This document shows positions 53,900 through 64,000 of a stretch of DNA of 64,000 bases, in pieces. A program made the position numbers and the translations under genes. The stretch comes from Octopus bimaculoides (Eukaryota). The stretch lies in contig NC_069000.1 of NCBI RefSeq assembly GCF_001194135.2, positions 3,250,711 through 3,314,710 on the forward strand. The letters are read 5' to 3'. The notes below the pieces were generated by a model. It saw only the letters and a program-made list of their open reading frames with translations, was not told the DNA's origin and made no database searches. Numbering within the stretch: position 1 is the first letter of the stretch; each line of letters opens with the position of its first letter.

Positions 53900-55823
53900 T
53901 TTATAACAACATATATTTTCTGAGCCAGTGAGAGAGACACTTTACATAGTCATACGATTATCAAGATATAGCTAATTTCTGTTCCAAAAGAGGCCTCCCT
54001 TCTGAACGGCTAGCCCTTTAATTGCTGAATTAAATTTCATAGTTATCTCAGAAATGAAATTAAATATTTACCTTAAAACGGAATTGCTATTTTCTACAAG
54101 TCAAAGTACCTCAATAAAATTTGATGTAACTCGATAGAAAATAACTTCAAAAATGGCTTTCCTCACCAAAGTACTGATTGATATATATAACTGCTTCCTG
54201 CACTGAAGTGGCGTTAAATTTTGAGCGGCTGTATCTGCTTGCAGCAGTAAAAGGCTTAATACAACAATATCAACTAGCGAAGTCTTGATTGGTTTATATA
54301 AAATAGCTGAGCTGAGTCCTGGTTGGTTAAAAGAAGGTGTTATCCCTAAGCCATGTGAAATGAAGAAGAAAATATGCAGCAGGAGCTGCTAACACATTGA
54401 AATTCCCCTCCTAAGTATTGAAATGGTTTCGTCTCCTTCAATTACTAGTAGATTACTGTTCGCTCACGTTCAAATTTGCATACGACATGAAACAACAAGA
54501 CACTTATCTATTTGCGATCTGTGCATTTATGAATACTGAATTAGCAGACGATATTCTCGTATATTACAAATATACCGAAAATAGTTGTCGCGTTTTAAAT
54601 ATCGTTGTCAAAATTATAAATACTGTTGAATGACAATTGGAAATCTGTCGAAATTTTATATCTACGTTACCATAACTCCGAAATTCAACCAGTGAATGTT
54701 TTCGCGACCGCTCCTAATGCTGTGAACTTTAGTCTACGCATATTTATACATGGAGAAATCCGCTTGAACAGTGTGTGTGTGTGTGTGTGTTTAGATAAGT
54801 ATTCTTGCATATGTGTTTGTGTGTGATTGTATCTGCGAGTATGTTGGCATCAAGAGGAATAATGTTGTAAATCTCAATGTCTCTAACACTCTGGAGACAT
54901 TCCTAGTTATCATATTTTATCGGATTTCACTTGCTACTTTAGAGTTTGTCTATCTCGCATTCATCTATGCATTTCCCAAGACAGATCTCAGTAACATCTT
55001 TCATTTATCATGTGACATATATATATATGTATATATAGGTGGAGGAAAGGATGGATAGAGTGATACGTGGACAGATAGATATACAGATATGCATGGACGG
55101 AGAGATGAAGAGACAGTTATTTGTTTGGACTCAGAGATAAATGAATTGAAGGATGGTGAGCTAGATAGACAGAGAAGGAAAGAGTGAGAGGGAGGAAAGA
55201 GATTTGATCAATTTACATACACCTATAATATACGCGACAATCCCATGCTCGCATACATAAAGTTTTTCTCTCTCACACACACCAGTTGCAGGTTTGCAAA
55301 GTTCGCAGACACACATTATTCAGTGAGTTGTAGCTTTACATTGCCAGTTTCTTGCTTGTATTCCACCTGACACTAAGAAACAATCACACAATTACATCAG
55401 AACACAATAAAACTTAAACAAAATATCGTATCCACTCTCTAGAAATATTTATCAAGCTGGACTTGTAGCCATCTTATTATTGCAAGCGACTTTGTTGGTC
55501 ACATGGTCTACGTTATTTCATTTTTTCTTTGACCGTTTAATTCCCTTAACTTCCCCCTATCTTCCTCTTCTTTCATTCTATTGTATTCACAACAGTTTTA
55601 ATAAATATTTATTGTTTGTCTCTCTCACTCACATATGCTCAAAACTATGTGTATTTGTGTCAGCTGTTTCTGCATGTGTATATGCACCTATAATTGGTTA
55701 CTAAGTTGAGGATGAATAGGACTTCGAAGTTCCGGATTACTGGCCGTCAACAGAGACATGAGAGTCACGCTCAAACATTGCGTGTGGAAAATCGACAAAT
55801 AGGGAATTCATTGATCTCTCACT

Positions 55824-55912
55824 GAGGCCTTGTTGCGTGGTGAGAAGTTTGCTTCCTACATGTTTCTGGGTTCAGTCCCACTGCGTGGCACCTTGGGCAA
55901 GTGTCTTCTTTA
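55824..55912 (+). mobile_element. SINE family A head
   Basis: gggttcagtcccactgcgtggcaccttgggcaagtgtcttct. Confidence 0.85.
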
Positions 55913-56044
55913 GAATAGGATGAACTCTTTTACAAGAATTTATCAAGTAGCTAGCGTGAAAAAAACCTCATAAGGGAAAACATCCATCATTTATTCCCAA
56001 AATATATATATTAATAACGTAATTATGTAATCTGAGAGAATCAA

Positions 56045-56290
56045 GAGAGAAATTTGGCTGCTATATTTAGCTAATCGTATGCCCATCTAGAGTCTGTCTT
56101 TTGGGCTGAGAAACTATATATTGTCAGAAATGGTAGGATAATTAATTAATAAAATATAGATCGTGTGAATCTCCGTTCCTATTTTTAACACTGACCATTT
56201 TTATAGCCTTGGTGTTTGAAAGAAATAGATTTGGCTGCTATATCTAGCAATACATACAGACAGCTGAAGATTTTCTCTTACTGGATCAGA
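56045..56290 (+). repeat. Two family E fragments (~56045-56100 and ~56222-56290)
   Basis: atttggctgctatatttagc and atttggctgctatatctagc. Confidence 0.55.
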
Positions 56291-56769
56291 AGCTCTACGT
56301 TGTTCTAATCAATGCTAGAGTATTTAAATATCTATAATATAAAAGCAGTTAATCTCCGGTCCGATTTCGAATGCTGACAGATTTTATGTCTTTTTGTTGC
56401 TAGTTAATCCTTTCAGAGTCGATAATACGCGTATCTATAACACAGATTAGACAATTCAATCGATTCGAGCGGATTACTTGCAAAAGTTAGTTTGGTCTGT
56501 ATTGCTAATGAAAAGATATACGTTTTTAATACAAATATATAGTACAATGGTGACAGCTATTATTACTAGGAACGTGACACTAGCAAATGCAATCACTCAA
56601 CGATCTCCATAACACACCAATACAAATAACTATAATTGAATCTCCGTTCACTTACGCCGAGAATTTCCGACAAGGATTGAAACGAGAAATTACATCAATT
56701 TTTATCACAATGAATTGTTGCAAAATGAAAAGACCACGTGCGAAATCTGTGCGTTACTATTACGACTCT

Positions 56770-56830
56770 TCTATCTTTTTTACTTGCATCAATCATTGGA
56801 CAGTGGCTATGCTGGAGCACAAATTTGAAG
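56770..56830 (-). mobile_element. SINE family A, 3' end
   Basis: tacttgcatcaatcattggacagtggctatgctggagcac. Confidence 0.6.
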
Positions 56831-57052
56831 CGATACAGCCATACACACACACACACATATAAACACAAGCACACATATAACTACACACAAACACACACAT
56901 TAAAAAATGAGGAGGCATTATGGTTATAAATTCCATTGGATTACAGCCGTTTCGTAAAATTCTGCATTTAAGATTAACTTCAATATTTCAAATTAATTCA
57001 CACAATTTTCATCAAAATGCATATTTAGTATTATATACAAAACATTGTAGAT

Positions 57053-57108
<56 letters not shown>

Positions 57109-57112
57109 TATA

Positions 57113-57350
57113 TACTCTTCCATTTGTTTCAGTCATGTGACTGCGGCCATTGTGGAGCATCGCCTTTCGTCGAAGAAATCTACCCCAGGACTTATTCTTT
57201 TTAAGACTAGTACTTATCGTATTGGTGTCTTTTGCCGAATTGCTAGGTTACGGACGTGAAATGAAATGTTTGCCTAAGACAAGGCGCCGCTAATCCAGGA
57301 ATCGAATCAGTGATCTAAGGATCACGGAGAAGAACACCTCAACCACGAGG
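57113..57350 (-). mobile_element. Chimeric SINE: family B head (57253-57350) joined to family A 3' part (57113-57252)
   Basis: ttgtttcagtcatgtgactgcggccat...ccccaggacttattc...ttttgccgaattgctaggtta, then gacgtgaaatgaaatg...ccaggaatcgaatc. Confidence 0.7.
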
Positions 57351-57721
57351 AAGAGCGCATTCAACACACACACACATACACACACACACACACGACGCCA
57401 GCTCCACACACCATTTAATATGGTTGCTGTAATCATGAAGAGCAATATCGGTATTATATACCATACTTGTTGGCAATACCATTTTGTTCACAGATGCCTC
57501 AGTATGCTTTCCTCTCGCTGCAATTACCGCACTGTATTGCGGCAGAATTAAAAGGAAGCAGACTTTGAAATAGCGAGCAAATAAAGCAAGCCTGCAAGCC
57601 AACTGGCCTGAATGTGGGTCATCAGTCTGCGAACGATAGGTGTCACTACTTTTATCTAATAGTTATTAATATTTAATAGCAGAAATTGCATCAGTCTGTA
57701 CAAACTGACGTTATACATACG

Positions 57722-57807
<86 letters not shown>

Positions 57808-57942
57808 ATTTCTTTCCGTGTGCGTGAGTATGTATGTGTATGAATGTGCATGTGTGCGCGCGCATGTAGATAGATAAAGGTAGCTATACATTTATTTATG
57901 CATATATAGGTACACATGTTTAAGTATTTTTTATCTCTCTCC

Positions 57943-57944
<2 letters not shown>

Positions 57945-58012
<68 letters not shown>

Positions 58013-59510
58013 CATAGATAAATATGCACATATACATATATATACACAAATATACATATGCACAAATGTATATACATACACATACGTATATATATATACA
58101 TATATACATACATATATATATACATACATACATACATATATATATACATACATACATATATATATACATACATATATATATATACATACATACATATATA
58201 CATATATATATATATACATACATACATATATATATATATACATACATACATATATATATACATACATACATATATATACATACATACATACATATATATA
58301 CATACATACATATATATATATACATACATACATACATACATACATATACATACATACATATACATACATACATATACATACATACATATACATATATACA
58401 TATATACATACATATACATATATACATACATATATACATATACATACATATATACATATACATATATACNNNNNNNNNNNNNNNNNNNNNNNNNNNNNNN
58501 NNNNNNNNNNNNNNNNNNNNNNNNNNNNNNNNNNNNNNNNNNNNNNNNNNNNNNNNNNNNNNNNNNNNNNNNNNNNNNNNNNNNNNNNNNNNNNNNNNNN
58601 NNNNNNNNNNNNNNNNNNNNNNNNNNNNNNNNNNNNNNNNNNNNNNNNNNNNNNNNNNNNNNNNNNNNNNNNNNNNNNNNNNNNNNNNNNNNNNNNNNNN
58701 NNNNNNNNNNNNNNNNNNNNNNNNNNNNNNNNNNNNNNNNNNNNNNNNNNNNNNNNNNNNNNNNNNNNNNNNNNNNNNNNNNNNNNNNNNNNNNNNNNNN
58801 NNNNNNNNNNNNNNNNNNNNNNNNNNNNNNNNNNNNNNNNNNNNNNNNNNNNNNNNNNNNNNNNNNNNNNNNNNNNNNNNNNNNNNNNNNNNNNNNNNNN
58901 NNNNNNNNNNNNNNNNNNNNNNNNNNNNNNNNNNNNNNNNNNNNNNNNNNNNNNNNNNNNNNNNNNNNNNNNNNNNNNNNNNNNNNNNNNNNNNNNNNNN
59001 NNNNNNNNNNNNNNNNNNNNNNNNNNNNNNNNNNNNNNNNNNNNNNNNNNNNNNNNNNNNNNNNNNNNNNNNNNNNNNNNNNNNNNNNNNNNNNNNNNNN
59101 NNNNNNNNNNNNNTACATACATATATATATACATATATACATACATACATATATATATATACATATATACATACATATATATATACATATATACATACAT
59201 ATATATACATACATACATATATATATACATACATATATACATACATACATATATATATACATACATACATACATACATATATATATATACATATATACAT
59301 ACATACATATATATATATACATACATACATACATATATACATACATATATATATATACATATATATATATACATACATATATATATACATACATATATAC
59401 ATATATACATATATACATACATATATACATACATATATACACATACATATATACACATATATACACATACTTTCGCACATATACAGAGATACAGACACAC
59501 ACACATATAC
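57945..59510. repeat. Long (TA)n/(TACA)n compound satellite with gap N 58470-59113
   Basis: Direct reading; source of the spurious 490-600 aa ORFs. Confidence 0.95.
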
Positions 59511-59583
59511 CTAGAAACTAATTAATCAAACGAATCAATACAGGAACACACAACGCTCAAATGATAACTAGCCCCTCGCACAT

Positions 59584-59625
<42 letters not shown>

Positions 59626-60066
59626 AGCCGCACGTGTCCGCATTCCAGTTATATTGGAGTTAATTACACATAAAACTCCAATCACAATCTCACGCATGCA
59701 CTCAAATACTCACTTAAGATATTAACAGACAGGCAAGACTGTAAAGAGAAGAGTAAAAACGTGTTTATACATAACAGTAGCGATAATGGCTCATCAAGTG
59801 TAGATACTTAACAGCATTTTTACAATTTATATCCGCCATTAATATTTAAAGCTTTATTTGGTATGATTCTAGTCAAACACATGGCAGTGATAGAAGATAA
59901 CTTGCCTTGAATATATACAGGAAAAACAAGAATCAACATATACCTTTAAATCTACCATAAATAATGGAATTGTATTTTGACATCACATATGTTATACTAT
60001 AGCATGGTTTCTTTCATTGGAAATAAATAATAATAATGATGATAGTAATAATACTAAAATGATTAT

Positions 60067-60500
60067 AATAACAAAATGATTGTAGAGAATTGCCGGGGCA
60101 ACAAGAAGAACTTGAGTGTAGCATAGATAGACTACAGGAAAGTGATTGAAATTGTTCTGCATAATTGGCTACTCAAAGCCCTTGAGAATGTATAAGATCT
60201 CTCCTGTAGTCTCCAAATTCTTACAAGGTAGCATGGCCAACTGGAATACACGTCTCCTTCTAAACCATAGTAGTGGGGGCAGAGGAATGATGCAGGTAGA
60301 GCTGTGCTATAAGAACTTCACAATAGCAATGAACAGGTTCTTATCTAGTACAGACGCCGCAGCTTGTGTGCAAACGCTAAAGCTGCAAATGATCACAATC
60401 TATTGTCAAGGAAGATTTCAAATTAACAAGGGAACTTGGCACTAAGCGTGAATTAGATGAAGAAAATGAAACCATTGCATCGCAAAGTGTAAAATGGATC
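60067..60500 (+). mobile_element. Decayed Dong/R4-like non-LTR retrotransposon fragment (RT region plus post-RT region)
   Basis: NNKMIVENCRGNKKNLSVA*IDYRKVIEIVLHNWLLKALE/(frameshift)MYKISPVVSKFLQGSMANWNTRLLLNH resembles the AWIDYKKAFDSVPHSW RT motif; GGRGMMQVELCYK resembles the downstream GGRGL motif. Confidence 0.8.
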
Positions 60501-60810
60501 AGACTACAAAAACGAACAGGCAGAAGCAAATTTCGGCGAGGAATAGGATGAAACTGAATACCTAATACCTTTATGGTGGTTCATCAACCCAGCTAAGCCA
60601 TTGCCGTTTTCATTAGAAAATAAATTTGGAAAATAGACATAATATTCAGCGCTTACCAGATACTGTTTTATTCATCAAGTCATTTTTCCTGCTACAGGGA
60701 ACGTATATATTCGTCATCACAGACAGATACACAAACATACACACGTTCATACACATACAAAGTGACTTCGCAAACAATGAAAAATTTGAAAAGCTAGATT
60801 ATACATACAC

Positions 60811-60852
<42 letters not shown>

Positions 60853-60889
60853 TATTTTGCTTAAAAGAGTTCCAACACTGTCTGTTTTT

Positions 60890-61135
60890 TATGTTTTATT
60901 TATATTCCTGCAGAACTAATGTGGGGTATAGAATATGGAATATACAATATACAATATAAAATAAAATAAAAATAAAAATGGATGGCACCATGAAAGAAAG
61001 TATTGAATGTAGATGAAATATTGAGTGTTCAATATAAAGGATCAAATATATAAATATATAAATATAAATATATATATATATAAAGGCGACTCGAGTTTCA
61101 GGGCTATTTCCCTTCGTCATGGCCGGTATGACAGA
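60890..61135 (-). mobile_element. Penelope-type 3' tail (pLTR-like) remnant
   Basis: Hammerhead motif, then an AT-rich tail, then AATAAA on the minus strand (~60900). Confidence 0.55.
61085..61124 (-). ncRNA. Near-intact minimal type I hammerhead ribozyme motif
   Basis: GGC-C(A)TGACGA-AGGG-AAATAG-CCCT-GAAA-CTCGAG-TC-GCC: stem I GGC/GCC, 4-bp stem II, palindromic stem III, GUC site; one extra A in the core. Confidence 0.75.
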
Positions 61136-61230
61136 CTTTAACATATATGCATACTTACACACACGTTTGTGTGTGTACATAATACAGTTTTGTCAAAATG
61201 TCGATCTAAGAACCACCATATGAAACGTAA

Positions 61231-61280
<50 letters not shown>

Positions 61281-63099
61281 CACGTCTAGATGTCTATACA
61301 CATACATGTATGTATATATGTTATATGTATGTACAAGTGTAAGTGTACGCATGCATATGCTTATATAACACATCCATCTCTCCCTCCGTGCATTCAGCCA
61401 TAAAAGAATAAAACAGACGTACTTGTATTCATAAATACATATTTAACACATGTAGCCACATACACATTAAAACGCCAATATTTTTCCCCTAAAGTTGAAC
61501 AACAATCTTCATTATGTGTCTCTCTTAATTCAAACTCACACCCAATTGGAACATTAACACTTCTGATGCAGTCACAAGCATACATCACTTTGCACAACGC
61601 CACCATCTCACACAAGAGAACGCGCACGCACAGATACATATGTTTAAATACACTAACACACTATGATGATGACTCATAACACGTAAATACACATTTAAAA
61701 CCATGTTCGTTTATTTGTTTAACACTTTACATATGCGACACTTTATCAATATTCCATAAATTTTAACTTTCGTACAATTCATGATCGTACATAATAAAAC
61801 CAGCAGACAGCAGCCATATCGTATGGCCTAGATCGGTTGTTCGTTCGTTCGTTCGGTCTCTACCGTGTAAAACCAATTATATGACACATCAACACAATAA
61901 AAATACTTCGTGCCTCGTTTCTCGTTTTCCAGGAAAATTTTCTTCAGCCCCACCAACCCCAAATGAAACCCAACCACGTTGATCACCGTTCACTATGCAA
62001 ACTGCAAAAACACCCAATTCCTGTTAGCTTTCCAATTTCTCTGGCTTCTTTGTGAAGGTGTGAAGTTGGCTTGTCGAAATTTGGTCTGTTTTGTTTTGTT
62101 TGTTTTGTTTCAGAATTATAGATTGATAAATTGGTTGTTTATTTGATATTGTTAACAGCAGCAGCAGCAGTAGTGGTAGTAGTTTTTCCTTTCTCATATT
62201 GCATTATGCATTAAATATGTTGTGTCTGTCAACTGAGAGAAGTGTAAAATGTGATCACCAATAATTGTTCAAAGACAGCTATCAACACTCACATCTGCTC
62301 AGGATAAACACGCACATGTAAACAGACACAAGTACATATCGCTGAATATTTATATATTCACACATACATACATACATACATACAAACGCACATGCATCGC
62401 AGTATAGACCTAAGAAAAGAACTCTCAACATATAACGGTGAGTTTCAATATTTGTGTTGATACATTTATGTAAACCTAAGCTACCTTAAATTTTATATCA
62501 TTCCCCCTAATCATTTCTATGTGATCAAACAAAGCAACAGCTAAAGAGTGTGAAGAATAACGCATCTTCGGATAGAGCCCTACTTCTTTTTCAATCGCGT
62601 CTATTTACCATTGAGGTTTTACATAAAATGCACAACTGTATATGCTAAGGATTCAACATTTTCATACTGCTGCCATCAACGGAGCTTACATTCTATGAAA
62701 AACAGTCGCTAGAATTATCGACACCGATATTACACTAATCATAGACGTTAAAAATTGATGTTATATATAAGCGCAGAAGGTGATGAGTTGCTCGAAAACA
62801 TATCAGCTTTAATCCAGGATATGCGACGGAAATGAGATTACTGATATCATTTACGCTGGCAACACATAAATGCTTTGTACACAAGCATATACAGATACAC
62901 ACCATATGTATATATGTGTGTGCGCGTATATTTGAAAAAATATATTTGAATTTTGCGTTACAAGCAGTACAATGATTATATATATATATATATATATAAT
63001 GGGAAAGTGGCAGAACTTTCCTCAGTAAAATTAGAAAGTGAAATAAAAGTACTGAACACAATAAGCACTAGACTTTAAAAATATATATTTACTGAGATT

Positions 63100-63180
63100 G
63101 AGTTATTGAACTAAACATCGTTCAATGCGGTGCTCCAGCATGACCTCGACACAATGAATGAAACAGGTAAAACATAAATG
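63100..63180 (+). mobile_element. SINE family A, 3' end
   Basis: ttcaatgcggtgctccagcatgacc...aatgaatgaaacaggtaaaacataaa. Confidence 0.7.
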
Positions 63181-63439
63181 TGTGTGTATACGTGGGTGCA
63201 TGTAATTAAGTATTAATATCCCTCCCCAAGAGAGTATTTAATGAAACGAACCTGTCAAATGGTGATGTGCAACGAAGATATTGTATGAACATGGAGTCGT
63301 CGCAACAGCAACAATTTCAATCAAGTTCGGCACAAAGCCAAGACAGTGTAGTGAGTCAAACGAAGCTGATTATATGGACCGGTTCTGTTCTACTGACTTG
63401 TTTCATTGCTCTTGTTCATTTTTTTTTCTTTTTTTTTTA

Positions 63440-63575
63440 ATATCGACCCCCAAAGATAAATGTCAAAGTTGAATCTGGATAGATTTTAATTCGAAATAAC
63501 AGGCCGATTCTTAAGATGTGGCAAGGCAATTAGCCTGGTGATGTAGCGCGCTCTTTCTGACAACTTGACTGGCGC
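63440..63575 (-). mobile_element. SINE family D fragment, diverged
   Basis: atcgacccccaaagataaatgtcaaagttgaatctgg. Confidence 0.55.
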
Positions 63576-63774
63576 TCTTCTTCGTATTATTGATTTCTTA
63601 CGAAGTACATTGTACCACACATTCATGCGCATGTACTGATACATACGTGTGTGTGTGTGTGTGTGTGTGNNNNNNNNNNNNNNNNNNNNNNNNNNNNNNN
63701 NNNNNNNNNNNNNNNNNNNNNNNNNNNNNNNNNNNNNNNNNNNNNNNNNNNNNNNNNNNNNNNNNNNNNNNNNN

Positions 63775-63822
<48 letters not shown>

Positions 63823-63914
63823 ATGTATGTATATATTATATATATATATATGCGTATGTATACATATAAGAAACTATATATTCATGCATATTCATATATA
63901 TATGTAGAGTCACA

Positions 63915-63934
63915 TTGATGTGATAGATAGATGA

Positions 63935-63967
<33 letters not shown>

Positions 63968-64000
63968 TAGGCAGATAAATAGACAGATAGATGAATAGAT
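63915..64000. repeat. (GATA)n-rich satellite
   Basis: Direct reading. Confidence 0.9.

Noticed and set aside
54061-54090. Minus-strand ttccgttttAAG|GTAAAT, a second possible recursive site
   Set aside because: AAG acceptor, short pyrimidine tract and weaker donor; not distinguishable from background.
57711-59521. ORFs of 487-597 aa
   Set aside because: Translations of TA/TACA satellites and N-gaps; no coding complexity. The same applies to the other YI/CV/HT/SL/RE-rich ORFs.

Overview
AT-rich, microsatellite-saturated eukaryotic DNA from a short-read assembly with 11 N-gaps. The repeat families resemble those of Octopus (coleoid cephalopod); this is from recall, not a database search. No intact protein-coding gene, tRNA, rRNA or CRISPR array is visible. 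Most ORF-track entries are microsatellite or gap translations; a few overlap repeats or transposon remnants. The window reads as a giant intron or gene desert holding about 30 fragments of four tRNA-derived SINE families, several Tc1/mariner, pogo and hAT remnants or MITEs, and a decayed Dong/R4-like LINE fragment. Best signals: (1) minimal hammerhead-ribozyme motifs in Penelope-type retroelement tails, including a near-intact one at 61085-61124 (-) and an inverted pair at 2122-2290; (2) three minus-strand splice signals: a canonical recursive splice site (YnCAG|GTAAGT) at 30731 and candidate 3-nt and 9-nt microexons, suggesting an unseen minus-strand gene; (3) a ~300-nt fold-back at 45191-45503; (4) a few enhancer or promoter-like motif composites. 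All functional readings are hypotheses from sequence alone.
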